From an uncultured bacterium (lineage in GTDB: Bacteria; Verrucomicrobiota; Verrucomicrobiia; Limisphaerales; UBA8199), in the NCBI GenBank assembly GCA_963749495.1, contig CAVVMW010000005.1, positions 320,001-384,000 on the forward strand: a DNA stretch of 64,000 nt. The letters are read 5' to 3'. Position numbers and translations under genes: made by a program. Below are positions 46,854 through 57,582 of this stretch, in pieces. Position 1 is the first letter of the stretch. Each line of letters starts with the position of its first letter. Below the pieces are notes generated by a model. The model was not told where the DNA came from. It saw only the letters and a list, made by a program, of their open reading frames with translations, and did not search any database.

Positions 46854-47267
46854 AGTCCTGGCCAAGCCGATGGGAGAACAAGGCAGAGGATTGTTTTCAT
46901 CGCAAAGTCATTCGCTCAATTCGTTGCTCATCCGTTCCCGGGACTGTGCCCCTGGTTGACGCTGTGGCGCAAGCACGCAGTTCCCTGCAGCAAAACGTGG
47001 GCATGACGGTCCTGACTCCAGAAGAACGGTTTGCCAATCACAAGCCGCCCGCAATTCCGCAATCAGGCGCGGAAACTGGATACCGTTGTCGGCCCATTTG
47101 TTGGGTTCAGTCATAATGTCCTCTCCTTCCTGACGATGGCCTCGTCAGTGCGCGAATCACGCGCAGACCCTTGCGGGTTTCGGCCTTGCAGAGGGAGACG
47201 AAGCGGAATAATCTGCCGACACGAAGCCGAATCGCTGATATGCCTGCTTTTGTTGGCACTGCTGCCC

Positions 47268-48855
47268 ATGAAACATTGTTGGATTACCCTCTCGTCTCTG
47301 CTCCTGGCTGCCTGGAGCATCGTGGCCGCCGACACTAATTCCACCCAGCAGCACGCCGCCGCACTCGGCGAAAGCGTCCTTCGCCTGCTGGAATCCCGGA
47401 ACGTGGAGAGTTTTGCCGATGCGCTGGCGTTCACAAACCAATTCAACCGAAGGATCGTCTCGAATAGTGCTCGACTGGTCCTGGATCAGGCGACGCGTCA
47501 GGGCCTCGATCCTGCGCGCGTGCATTTTCGGGTCAAGAATCTCTTGGCCAAGGCCACCGGGACCTCCCAGAATCCGCAAAACTCAACCAAAGGGGATGTC
47601 CTGCCGACCTCGTGGGGCATACGAATCACACTCGATGGAGAACCGGTGAACGATGACGTGGCCGGCAGGGCGCTGCGGGGCGAATATGAGTTGGCCTTGG
47701 GCGGCTCCTCTGAGTTCCCCGACGGTTGGCGCACGTACGAGGGCATCCGCTGGAGCCGTTTTCCAGAGGGGCTCCCGGATGAACGCACGAAGCGGGAAAT
47801 GTTGCTGGTCTCGAACATCGTTGCGCGTGTCGGCGAACCGCTCCATGCAGCCGACGATCCCGGGTTAAAGGAATTGGGCAATACCCTCGTCCGATTCCTT
47901 GGACAGCATAATGAGAAAGCTTTCGAGAGCGAAGCCCTTCTCTCTTTCGAGGAGTGCTGGGAGGGATTGACAAGAAAGCTCACCGACTCCGGCGCGGCCG
48001 AGCAGCCCCCAAGAAAGGAAATCCAGGACTTGTGGAATATCCAGCATGGTGCGCTTGTGGAATCAGCGCGGGCGGTGCTGGCCCAAGGCGAGATCCTCGG
48101 AATCAATTTCTCGGGCGCCGAAATCACGCTCAAGGATGTGATTGCGGTCCACCCATATATGCGGGGCGGATACGGGGCCGTGGATGGCGTCGATGCGGGG
48201 CCGCTCCGGTTCATATTGGGCGTGAGGTCGGACAAGAAGTCGAAGGCCGGAACGTCCCATCGCGGGAGACTACACGCTTACGGCAATACGGGGGCTGCGA
48301 GGTCCGGCACGGTGGACCATCGAAGACCGGCTCCGCTGGGAGAAATTCCCCGGCGGCTTGCTCGGAGAAAAGGAAGTCGCAGACCTGGCTTTTGAAAACT
48401 ACGTGGCCGAGCACGATGTCCTTCCGCCGGGCACAGCCGCACCCGACATCGAGTTCGTCCGGTTGGACAATGAAACCAAGGCGAAGCTGTCCGATTTTCG
48501 GGGCAAGGTAGTGCTGTTGGAGTGGTGGTCAACATACTGCGGGCCATGCCAGCGGCCAATGGCAGAGCTACAGGCGCTCGGAGTGCATCGCCCCGAGTGG
48601 AAGGGTAAGGTCGAGATCATCACGGTTAGCATTGATGACGATCTGCGTCAGGCCAAAGAACATCTGGCAAAGCAGGGGTGGACGAACTGCGTTAACGCCT
48701 GGGCTGGTCCCGGGGGCTGGATGTCTGGTCCTGCCAAGCAGTTCCGGCTTCACGCCCTGCCGACCTGTTACATGATCGGCTCCGAAGGGAAGGTCGCGCA
48801 TGCGGGGTATCCTTGGAGTGTTTCACCGGAGGACCTGCGCCGATTCGCTCAGTGA
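47268..48855 (+). CDS. Secreted protein with C-terminal TlpA/redoxin domain, frameshifted near 48250
   Basis: Signal peptide; LSDFRGKVVLLEWWSTYCGPC. Confidence 0.72.
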
Positions 48856-49139
48856 CCAGATGCCGGCGCGTCCAGTCTTCGCCGAGGATGGCCCGGCCCA
48901 ATGCTTCCGCCTCGGGATCGCGGGTAAACACTCGCTCCCGGACCTGGCCGGCGTGGGTGCAGGGGATACACCTTGCTCCAAGACAGTGGCGGCAGGTTCT
49001 CAGGGATTTGGTTAGCATGGGGATACTGCGGACGTTGGAAGTGACACGGCTTGTGACCTGTCCGCCGCATTAACCGGGGTCACCGGCCACTGTGCGATTA
49101 TGGGGTTGCCAAGCTGGCCTGGATCAGCATATTCGGGCC

Positions 49140-49873
49140 ATGCGGAAGCGGGTTTATATCGTGCTTGCTGCGTTGCTGCTCGCCGTGATTGGGCTGGCGA
49201 TATGGGAGGGAACGCGCAAACGGGAGCCCAGCCGGCTTACAACGGGAAGCGACTGAGCTACTGGGTTAACCATGTGGCCTGGGACGGTTGGACCGAAGCT
49301 AGCAAAATGACCTTCGAGTCAAACGCAGTCCCTTTTTTAATCAAGTGCTTGGAGAAGCGCGAGAGTCCGCTGCGCCGGTTCTATTGGACAGCGTGGCCTA
49401 AGCTGCCCAGGTGGATAAGGAACCGATTGCCAAACGCCATGTCTCAGCAAGCCCACTCCAGGACGGTTCGAGCCGGCGTGACAATGGCCTTGGGCAATAT
49501 GGGGACGGACGCGAAGCCTGCAATTCCAGTGTTGATTCGGATGCTTGGAGGGGACGATTTCGTGGAGAGTTCGCTCGCGATAGGCCCACTGGGCAACCTT
49601 GCGTTAGAGGAGCCGTTTGGGGAACCGTCGGCTAAGCGGGCGCTGATCAACGCACTGAATCGACACCGAAGGTGGGAGATCCGCCAACAGATTGCGCAGG
49701 AGGTGGTAAACCGGGCCTATAGAGAACAGGACTTCGTGAGCGCACTTCGCGAATGGCTGACCGACACCAATCCTGTGGCGCGGACATTGGCAACCGATCT
49801 ACTCCAGCGCGCTGCGCACCGGGCCTCCGAATCCAACGCCGCTGAGGGTAAACTCCCAGAGAAGTCGGAGTGA
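49140..49873 (+). CDS. Membrane-anchored HEAT-repeat protein, frameshift after TM segment
   Basis: MRKRVYIVLAALLLAVIG...; YNGKRLSYW; ALGNMGTDAKPAIPVL. Confidence 0.7.
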
Positions 49874-49955
49874 ACACCAACTCCCCGGGCTTGGAACCGA
49901 CGCGCCGCATTCCCGCCCGCCATTCCTGACGAGCGTCACTCTGCGATTTATCGGC

Positions 49956-50170
49956 CTATTTCTTCTCGCCGAGCAGCTTGACGGCGGCCAGATCATCCTC
50001 AGTCAGGCCTAGGGCAGCCAGGGCTTGCGCACGGGTGATGGCTTGTGCCGACAGCTTGGACTTGACGAGGCGCCTGGTGCCCGTGCTCTTGCGCAATTGG
50101 CCCAGATCGGGGATACACCCCTGCTGTGTGGCGGGATGCAGCCAAGCGGTGGCGAGGATCAGACGGTTCG
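49956..50170 (-). pseudogene. C-terminal fragment of unknown protein, paralogous to 57836-58130
   Basis: NRLILATAWL...IPDLG..RKSTGT.R.VK.K.SAQAITRAQAL.ALGLTEDDLAA.KLL in both copies. Confidence 0.65.
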
Positions 50171-50475
50171 CCCCCTCATCCGCCGAGGCAGCATTCCCCC
50201 TAAAAACGGCATTCGAAGAAGCTGGCCAGAGCCCCATGGGCCTGATTCTCCGGGTATGCCGCCTCAAATAGCTCCCATCAGGGCTCACCCTCAAGTTGAG
50301 GGCGCCAGTGCGCCAGGGCCAGAGGCCCGGAATGTGATAGCCTGGGCTGGAGCGAGTCAGACGAGCGGAGGCCCAGGTCAACCACCGTCGCGAACCTCCT
50401 CAGCCCTGTAAGATTCCCGGAACGAATTCGCGCTTTGCGCCCCTGAACCTCGACACTGCGTTCCCGTCCCGCGTA

Positions 50476-50761
50476 GCGTTTTGGACTGCGGCAGTCCTCT
50501 GCCGCTTTTCCAACCCCAGCGCGCACGAAAGCGGCAGAGGACTGCCGCAGTCCAAAACCTTCGGACTTGGTGTCGGTTCATGGGGAGCCCCCTTTGGCTT
50601 CTGCCAATGCATTGGGACCGTGAACCGGTCAGGGGCCCCGAGGCTGCGAAGCGTTTTGGACTGCGGCAGTCCTCTGCCGCTTTTCCAACCCCAGAGCGCA
50701 CGAAAGCGGCAGAGGACTGCCGCAGTCCAAAACCTTCGGACTTGGTGTCGGTTCATGGGGA
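50476..50761. repeat. Two direct copies (~110 bp) of a REP-like palindromic doublet
   Basis: TTTTGGACTGCGGCAGTCCTCTGCCGCTTT...AAAGCGGCAGAGGACTGCCGCAGTCCAAAA at 50476-50586 and 50650-50761. Confidence 0.92.
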
Positions 50762-50776
50762 GGGCGTCACCCCTCA

Positions 50777-50830
50777 TGTCCCAATCTCTGGCCAACATCG
50801 TTGTTCACCTCGTCTTCAGCACCAAAAGCC
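50777..50830 (+). pseudogene. IS200/IS605 TnpA (Y1 HUH) N-terminal remnant
   Basis: MSQSLANIVVHLVFSTK, flanked by inverted palindromes at ~50315-50410 and 50835-50937. Confidence 0.75.
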
Positions 50831-50952
50831 ATCTTCCGCCCCTACAGGGCGGAGGAAACGTCTCTTTCGGCTCCTACCTGGGGCTCTGCGCATGCGCGCT
50901 TCACCCCAGGCTTTCACATTGCGGGCCTTCGGCCCTCTTGTTGTGCAGGCTA

Positions 50953-53028
50953 CTAGTGACTAGACCGCAGGGCAGGGCCTTCCTGCTTCCAGGTGCAGCG
51001 GTAGTTGAACCGGCGATTGGGCGCACTGTCACCGGCGGTGCAGAGGGAGATGGGGTCCTTGAGATCGGCGGGGTTGTCGCACCAATGGAAATCGAACGTG
51101 ATGGCGTCGCCCGTCAAACCCAGGAGCTTGCGCGGCACGGCCAGTTCCAGGGCTTTGCCCGAGTAGCGGTAGTCCAACCGGGCGACCTCGACCCACGGAC
51201 CGCCCGGGGCATTCGCGTCGTAGCGCTGGAGGGTCGTGGTCTTCTCGTCCACCACGCGCTGGTTGATGAGGAAATCATAGCCGCACCAGCCGGTGTTGGG
51301 ATTGTGGTCGGCATCAATCAACAAAAGCATCCAGTTCTTGCCCGTGTGCGGGGTAAGCGCCTCATTGGCCTCCACGTAGAAATAGACCATGCTGCGGTCC
51401 ACGGCCACCTTGCAGGTGACGATGTCGTTGCGGCCCAAGTCGTTCGTGTAATGAAGCCCGCCGTAACCCGGGCAGTCGCGGTGGACCGTATCGCCGACGG
51501 TATCGCGGTACTCGACCTCAAGTCCCGCCCAGTCCGAAAACTCCCCGTCGATCTTGATGGGGTGTAGTCCGTGCAATTCCGGCATGGGGCGAACGCCCTT
51601 GTAACGCCGGATGTTCTGGGCCATCTGCATGTAGTAATTGTCCGTGTAGCCGCCTTTCATCGGTTGAAGGGTGCGGTTGAATTCGGCATCGTACTGGTCC
51701 ACGAAAAAGTAAGTGCTGTCCCGGCGCATGAACTTGGTGGTGCCCCCTCCCGGCGGCGGGTATTTGCCGGCGGTCCATTCGTTCCAGTCGTTGAGGTAAA
51801 GGAACTCCGGGTCGCCCGCGATCGCTTCGTCCCAGCGTTGCTGGAAGTATATACCGTAGCCCTCGGGATGCTCGACTTTCTTGCCCAGCCACGGCACATA
51901 GGTCGGCAGCGGCAGGTCGTATTCGTTCAAGGCCGGCTCGCCGCCCGACGCGGTCCAGGACTTGCCGATGAGGCTCGAGGGATGCTGCGCGGGCGTTACC
52001 GCCGCCTCTTCCTTGCGGCCCTGGTGCCGCGACACCCGTTCGTCCGCGCTCAGCGCGCGCACGCGTTGGTCGCCCAGGTCCAACCCGAAACTCCAGTTGT
52101 CTTCCGTGCCGACAAAGCGTTTGCCGGCCCATTCGAAGTACCCCCACCACATCGTCCGCAGTGTGAAGAACCCCTTCACCTCTTTGGTGTAGTCCTTGTA
52201 AAATGCTTCAGTGTAATCGGGATCGCCAAAGTGCGGGTGCTTGGGGTCGGTCTTGGCGGCCGCCTCGAAGTGCGGATTCGGGTTTTGCACGCCTGGGCCG
52301 TTGGCGTCGAAGCCTGGGGTGCCATTGTAAAGCAAGAGCGGTTTGCCGTCCCAAAGAAACCAAAGGTCCTTGTATTTCTCGACCTTGTAAATCCGGTCGT
52401 ACAAGTCCTGCACGACTGTAATCACCGGGCCGTTGAAGGCCCAGAAGCAGAACTGAGGCACCTGGTTGCCCTCGGCCTTCATCCTTCGCATCACGGCGAA
52501 AATGGCCTCCCATTCGTCCCAGTAGCGGACGGCATTGGTGACATCCACCACGAGGACGTCGACTCCCGCATCTGCGAGCATCGACATGTCTCTGCGGATG
52601 ACATATTCATCCTTGCTCAGGAAATAGCCCATCTCCGGCTCGCCCCAATGGTAAGAGCCCTCGGTCCAGAGCGGATGTTTGGCATCCAGGCGCGCCTTGG
52701 GGTCGCCGGCGAGCACGCGGCTCACGTCGGCGCGGTACGGGGGCTTGAGGCCGGCCAGCGAATCGCTGTGCCAAGTGATATAGAAGATCCCCACGACGCG
52801 TCGGTGGTCGTGCTTGACCGGTCCCACCTCGGAGAGGGCGGGCATGGTTCGTCCGAGCGCATCCGTGGCCACCCAGGTGTCGGGGTAGAGGTCGCGATAG
52901 CCGGCTTCCGCGGCGCGCGCACCGCCCGAAGGGCCACCCGGGCTCAACCAGAGCAGTGCCAGGAACAGGCCTGGCAACACCCTCCAGGCAGAACGGAGCT
53001 GAATATGAACGGCATTCATGTGGTACAA
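50953..53028 (-). CDS. Glycoside hydrolase-like protein (GH71/99-like)
   Basis: TWVATDALGR, VGIFY..WH, HWGEP..GY, NDWNEW, FVDQY..EFNR..QPM. Confidence 0.78.
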   Translation of the reverse strand: MYHMNAVHIQLRSAWRVLPGLFLALLWLSPGGPSGGARAAEAGYRDLYPDTWVATDALGRTMPALSEVGPVKHDHRRVVGIFYITWHSDSLAGLKPPYRADVSRVLAGDPKARLDAKHPLWTEGSYHWGEPEMGYFLSKDEYVIRRDMSMLADAGVDVLVVDVTNAVRYWDEWEAIFAVMRRMKAEGNQVPQFCFWAFNGPVITVVQDLYDRIYKVEKYKDLWFLWDGKPLLLYNGTPGFDANGPGVQNPNPHFEAAAKTDPKHPHFGDPDYTEAFYKDYTKEVKGFFTLRTMWWGYFEWAGKRFVGTEDNWSFGLDLGDQRVRALSADERVSRHQGRKEEAAVTPAQHPSSLIGKSWTASGGEPALNEYDLPLPTYVPWLGKKVEHPEGYGIYFQQRWDEAIAGDPEFLYLNDWNEWTAGKYPPPGGGTTKFMRRDSTYFFVDQYDAEFNRTLQPMKGGYTDNYYMQMAQNIRRYKGVRPMPELHGLHPIKIDGEFSDWAGLEVEYRDTVGDTVHRDCPGYGGLHYTNDLGRNDIVTCKVAVDRSMVYFYVEANEALTPHTGKNWMLLLIDADHNPNTGWCGYDFLINQRVVDEKTTTLQRYDANAPGGPWVEVARLDYRYSGKALELAVPRKLLGLTGDAITFDFHWCDNPADLKDPISLCTAGDSAPNRRFNYRCTWKQEGPALRSSH

Positions 53029-53055
53029 TTGTCGGACCGACTATACAGATTGTCG

Positions 53056-54015
53056 TCAACGCACCTGGGCTCTGGCGTGCAGGGCCTCGAGCTCGGCATT
53101 GACCTGTTTCATGCGAGTGGTGAGCGTTTCCCACGGGGACCCGTCTATTTTCACCACGCCGTAGTTGCTGTTCTCACCGTCGAGGCGGCGGCCTTCCTTG
53201 GGCTGGTCGCGGTACTGGAACCAGTGGTAACCCACACACCCCGGCAAAGCGGCCAGAGCCCCCACGTAACCGGCGAATCCTTTGGCACGGTCTTCCTGGG
53301 TGGCCACCGGCTTGGCCGCTCCTCTGGTGTTGGGCAATCCGCTGTCCATGGCTTTGAAACTGAATTCAGGGTACTGTTCCAGCAGGCTATCGGTCCCTCG
53401 CCAATCGGCGCCCCAGCGCAGTTCGTTATCCGTGAAGTAGCCGAGCACCCGCGGATCTTTGGCGCGCGGGGCGCAGATTCTTTGCGCCGCGCGGTCGGCC
53501 GCCTGTTGGAACCCGGGACTGAAATAGTCAATGACTCCGCCCTTGAGCCAGACATCGCGCCCGGCGGATGCCGCCACATCAACCATCGGAGCATAAGCCA
53601 GGCCGGCGGTGTAAAGTTGGGGCGATGACCACGCGCCCAGGGTATTGAAGTTCCAGCCGCGCAACTGCTCGGCAGTGGTTTTCGCCCACGCCGCCGGATC
53701 GTCGGGGGCCTTCGGCGCGGAACCGGACTCCGGCGTGAGATCAACGTGGTCGACCCCTTTGGAGAAAAACGCGTTCCCCTCCGGTGAGATCAGCCACCAT
53801 CGGCCTTGAATCTGCTCGGTGTGAAAAAAGCCGGTCTTCTTGCCTTTCAACTCCAGCCAGCCATCATAGGAGTCGTGGCTGGCGGCGTACGACTGGCAAA
53901 AAAAGAGCATCAGAGCGAGAAGTGTGTATTGTGCGCGGCCAGCTACAGCCGATGATCGGATGCTCCTTGCTTGAGCCCCGGCAAGAAAGGGAGAGTTGTT
54001 TATTGACGCGCTCAT
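53056..54015 (-). pseudogene. GH50/agarase-like hydrolase, internally deleted
   Basis: TGFFH....GRWWL..PEG, WNFNTLGAWS, LGYFTDNELRW, VGYHWFQYRDQP, ENSNYG. Confidence 0.78.
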
Positions 54016-54069
54016 TTTTCGGTGTTTTTGCGTGTTCTACTCCAAAGCCGCCCCGCTGCCAACTCAATT

Positions 54070-54210
54070 AACCACCGATCTGTCCCCGGCAGCGCTCGGA
54101 CTCATTGACGCGGCTCCAGAGGGAGAAGTGTGCGTCTCGGCGATGTCCGTGGCCGAATTGGCCTGTCTGCAAGAGCGCGGGAGAATTACGCTGAAGCACC
54201 ACTGGCATTT
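54070..54210 (+). pseudogene. PIN toxin internal fragment
   Basis: LSPAA..LI......VCVSAMSVAELACLQERGRI. Confidence 0.6.
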
Positions 54211-54372
54211 TCCCCGTGATAACCGAAGGGTGCGATCTGGCTTGATTGAGACGCGATCCAACCACCCCTTCAAACAGATCCCGCTCGCCCTGTTGGCCGC
54301 CATTCTCCTGTCCACCACGGTGCGCTTGCCACGGTCGGCAGGGTTCGTGTTCAATCGCCCTCTTCAATTCTG

Positions 54373-56051
54373 GACTGGTCAGCAGAATGTATGGGTAAGT
54401 CGAGGCTCAGGTAAGCGGCCAAGGCAATGATACAGGGCCAATTCCATGGCTGGATAGGTGCGGAAGCCGTAAGATCGTCTGGTTACCACTCGAATCTTGT
54501 TGTTCAGGCCCTCGACGGCGGCGCTGGAGAGCTCACCTTTGGCCTCGAACCAATTCAAGATCAACGGCTCATGGGCGCGCAGCATCCGGGCCACCTTCTT
54601 CATTGGTTCGAGCCGGCTGCGCATGGCTCGAGCGCACCAATAACCCAGATAGGCCACCACATAGATCGGAGAACGGTAGTGCCAAAGGTAGTCGAAGCTC
54701 TCCTTGAGGTTCCAGGCCCGTGCCGTCGCCAGCTTGCTGGCCAACAGGGCGTTGAGCTTGGAGCGGGCACGGCCCCGCACCCGGCTGCCCCGGCGCAACA
54801 ACTGCCAGCGCATGCCCTTGAGCCGCTGAGCCAGGGGCCGGCCGTGCAAGCGCGACTGCTCGCCCCGGCGCACCTCGTCCACCGCCTCGTTGAGGTGCCC
54901 CACGATATGAAAGCGGTCCAGCACGTTGAGCGCCTGCGGTATCTTGGCCGCGATCACCTTCAGGTAGGGCTTCCACATGTCGCTGCACACATACTTCAGA
55001 GCGCTGACCACCGGGGCTCCCAATTCTGCCAAGCCCCGCCGCAACGTGGCTTGAGTGCGCCGCCGACCCAGCCACAGCAAGCGCCGACAGTGGGGGTCAA
55101 TCTGGTAAATCACCGTCAGGAAGTTGTCGGCCTTCTGGCCCTTGCCCCAATGGATCTCGTCCACTCCGATGGCCTCCACACCCTCCAGGCGCCGGTGCTC
55201 CAAACCCCATTGGACGAACCACTGCACCGAACGGTAAACGGCCTCCCAACTGGTGTGGAAGGCCTGGGCGGTTTCCTTCCAGGACAGCCGCCGGGCCCAC
55301 CGGGCCAAGAGGCCCATCATCGCCGTCGTCACCGGCCGCTTGCCCTGGCTCCAGGGGATATGCTCGACAACCACCCCGTCCTGCGGACAATTGACCCGCC
55401 GCGGGGGGTAGAGGAAATAGGTCTTGACGCCCCACATCGGCGGAAACAGCCAGGACCGCTGGGGCAACTGATCATAGCCGGGGACTGGCTGCAGGCACCG
55501 GGAGCACTTGGCGGGAATGCCGCCATGGGGTTGGAGGGTGATCTCGAGCCGCCGGCCACGGCCTCGGCGGTCCCGGCACAAGCGGATGTCCTGGTAAACG
55601 AAGCCCACAAAGTGTTGAATGTCGTTGAGAACCGTCTTAACCTTCAATTGCATAGCTGGTCTGCCGCTCGGTGGCGGGCGTGCTTTTCACATCTCGCAGG
55701 CTACCGCAAGCCAGGCAGATCAGCTATCGCTTTGTGGCGCTGGGCAGCCCTCCGAGCCAAGCACACCTTCACCAGCAATTCCTTAGCGGCGCATCATGGC
55801 GGAGGGCGGGGCTGTCAAGGTGGAGCGCAGCAGGGCACGAGGGCACGTGGCGAGCAATACCTTGACAGCCCCGCCCGGAGCCATACCCTGGCCGCGCCGG
55901 AATTGCTTGAAGTCCTTCTCCGGCCGTTAGGCCGCTCGATTCGTCGCGGAGCGTGCCGCGGGATGTTCCACGACCGCCCAACTCACCAACGTCAACCCTC
56001 CGAACTGAACACGTGTCCAGATGTTTCACCCACAAATTGTGCGGGGGACCC
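54373..56051 (-). mobile_element. ISL3-family insertion sequence
   Basis: 8-bp duplication CAATTCTG at 54365-54372 and 56052-56059; imperfect inverted repeats ...GCAGAATGTATGGGT / ...GCACAATTTGTGGGT. Confidence 0.93.
54379..55653 (-). CDS. ISL3 transposase
   Basis: AIGVDE, CSDMWKPY, LDRFHI, VEGLNNKI...RRSYGFR. Confidence 0.96.
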   Translation of the reverse strand: MQLKVKTVLNDIQHFVGFVYQDIRLCRDRRGRGRRLEITLQPHGGIPAKCSRCLQPVPGYDQLPQRSWLFPPMWGVKTYFLYPPRRVNCPQDGVVVEHIPWSQGKRPVTTAMMGLLARWARRLSWKETAQAFHTSWEAVYRSVQWFVQWGLEHRRLEGVEAIGVDEIHWGKGQKADNFLTVIYQIDPHCRRLLWLGRRRTQATLRRGLAELGAPVVSALKYVCSDMWKPYLKVIAAKIPQALNVLDRFHIVGHLNEAVDEVRRGEQSRLHGRPLAQRLKGMRWQLLRRGSRVRGRARSKLNALLASKLATARAWNLKESFDYLWHYRSPIYVVAYLGYWCARAMRSRLEPMKKVARMLRAHEPLILNWFEAKGELSSAAVEGLNNKIRVVTRRSYGFRTYPAMELALYHCLGRLPEPRLTHTFC

Positions 56052-57582
56052 CAATTCTGAAGGCATAGGCCATGCTGACCGGGCGGCGCGCCTGTTCCTG
56101 CAATGCGGCCGGAATCTTGATGACCAAACCGGCGCCGCTGGCCTGGCTCCACTCAAGTGGCTCAGTTATTCCCAGCAAGCTTATGCTGGAACCCTCCTTC
56201 GCGCGAACCGACTTCAGGGTGAGGATTTGCCCGGGCCATTGCAGACATACAGCATAAACAAAACGATTGTCCTTGGTCCGGGTAAAACGGACGCCTTCGC
56301 CCTCTTTCCACAGGCCATCCGAGCGCGGCCGGGTGGCGTAAATCGCCTCACCGTTGATCCGCAGCCAGGCGCCGGTGTTCTCCAGCGCTTCAACCGCTTT
56401 GGGATGGAATTTGCCGCGCGCGTCCGGGCCGATGCCCACCATGAAGTTGCCGCCTTTGGCGACCACGTCCACCAGGTTCGTGACGATCCAACGCGCTCCC
56501 TTGTATTTCGTTGCGTCGGGCTGGTAACTCCACATGCCGCCCAATTGGTAAATCACCATCCAGGGCATCGTGGTGTTTTCCTTTGAACCCGGCACGAACC
56601 CCTCCGGCGTGTAGTAATCGCCGTAGTTGCCGATGCCCCGGGCGCGGAACATGACCTCGGGCTGGAGCTTGCGCAGTTGCTTTATCGTCTCCCGCAGTTG
56701 CGGCCAGACCGCCGGTCCGAGCCATTGGTCGAGGCAAACCAAGTCGATTTTGCCGTAGCGGGTGAGCAACTCGGTCAGTTGCGCGCGGTGACGGGCCATC
56801 ATACGTTCCACTTCCGCCGGCGTCGGCCTGGGCGTAACCAAGGGGTTCTTGATTTGCCTGCCCTCCCCGGCACGAGCCCCGAATTTTTCCGGTTCATCCA
56901 CCTGGACGGGATCAAGGGCATAAGGCCGGAAATCGGCATCATACCAGTCCGGATGGGAGAAATAGAGGTCAATCCGGATGCCGCGCCGATGAGCGGCGTC
57001 GCACAACTCTTTGACGATGTCGCGCTTGAAGGGGCTTTCCATGATGCTATAGGCGAGATCGCACTCCTCCAGGCTGGGGCCGCCGGGAGCGGTCCAGTTC
57101 ACGCGGCTTTTGACGCGGGTTTGGGTATCGAACATCGAGAAGCCGTCGTGGTGCTTGGTGGTGAAGGCAAACACCTTGAGCCCGGCTCGCTGGAAAAGGT
57201 CCATCCATTCATCGGCGTTGAAGTTGGCCGGGTTGAAGCTCCGGTTGAGTTGCTGATAGGCCTGCCGTTTCTCGTTGGAGTAATTGAGCAAAGGCCAGGA
57301 CTCGCCCGTTTCCCACAGGGAATAAACGCCCCAATGAATGCGCACGCCGAACTTCATGTCCCGGAAGGCCTCCCGGGCGGCCTCGGAGGCTTGATGATAA
57401 TCCGGGTCGGGGATGTCTTCGACATAATCCTTGACGCGCTTGTAATGAGAATCGCTGGCGGGCAGCTTGACGAAGCTATTGGAACCGCCCGGGGACTGGT
57501 CGGCGGCGGCAAAGGCACTCTGACCGGCCACCAACAGCGCCGCCGCCATGGCGTGGGCCAGGAACATTTTGCAGGTCATCAT
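56026..57582 (-). CDS. Alpha-L-fucosidase (GH29), C-terminus altered by ISL3
   Basis: KFGVRIHWGVYS, FNADEW, TTKHHDGF, QLTELLTRYG, KGGNF..GIGP, WLRINGEAIY. Confidence 0.93.
   Translation of the reverse strand: MMTCKMFLAHAMAAALLVAGQSAFAAADQSPGGSNSFVKLPASDSHYKRVKDYVEDIPDPDYHQASEAAREAFRDMKFGVRIHWGVYSLWETGESWPLLNYSNEKRQAYQQLNRSFNPANFNADEWMDLFQRAGLKVFAFTTKHHDGFSMFDTQTRVKSRVNWTAPGGPSLEECDLAYSIMESPFKRDIVKELCDAAHRRGIRIDLYFSHPDWYDADFRPYALDPVQVDEPEKFGARAGEGRQIKNPLVTPRPTPAEVERMMARHRAQLTELLTRYGKIDLVCLDQWLGPAVWPQLRETIKQLRKLQPEVMFRARGIGNYGDYYTPEGFVPGSKENTTMPWMVIYQLGGMWSYQPDATKYKGARWIVTNLVDVVAKGGNFMVGIGPDARGKFHPKAVEALENTGAWLRINGEAIYATRPRSDGLWKEGEGVRFTRTKDNRFVYAVCLQWPGQILTLKSVRAKEGSSISLLGITEPLEWSQASGAGLVIKIPAALQEQARRPVSMAYAFRIGVPRTICG

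Noticed and set aside
46900..50000. Integron cassette array
   Set aside because: No convincing attC sites (RYYYAAC...GTTRRRY with internal symmetry) and no integrase seen.
51571..56586. Long plus-strand ORFs 51571-53628 and 54427-56586
   Set aside because: Antisense shadows of motif-bearing minus-strand genes in GC-rich DNA.
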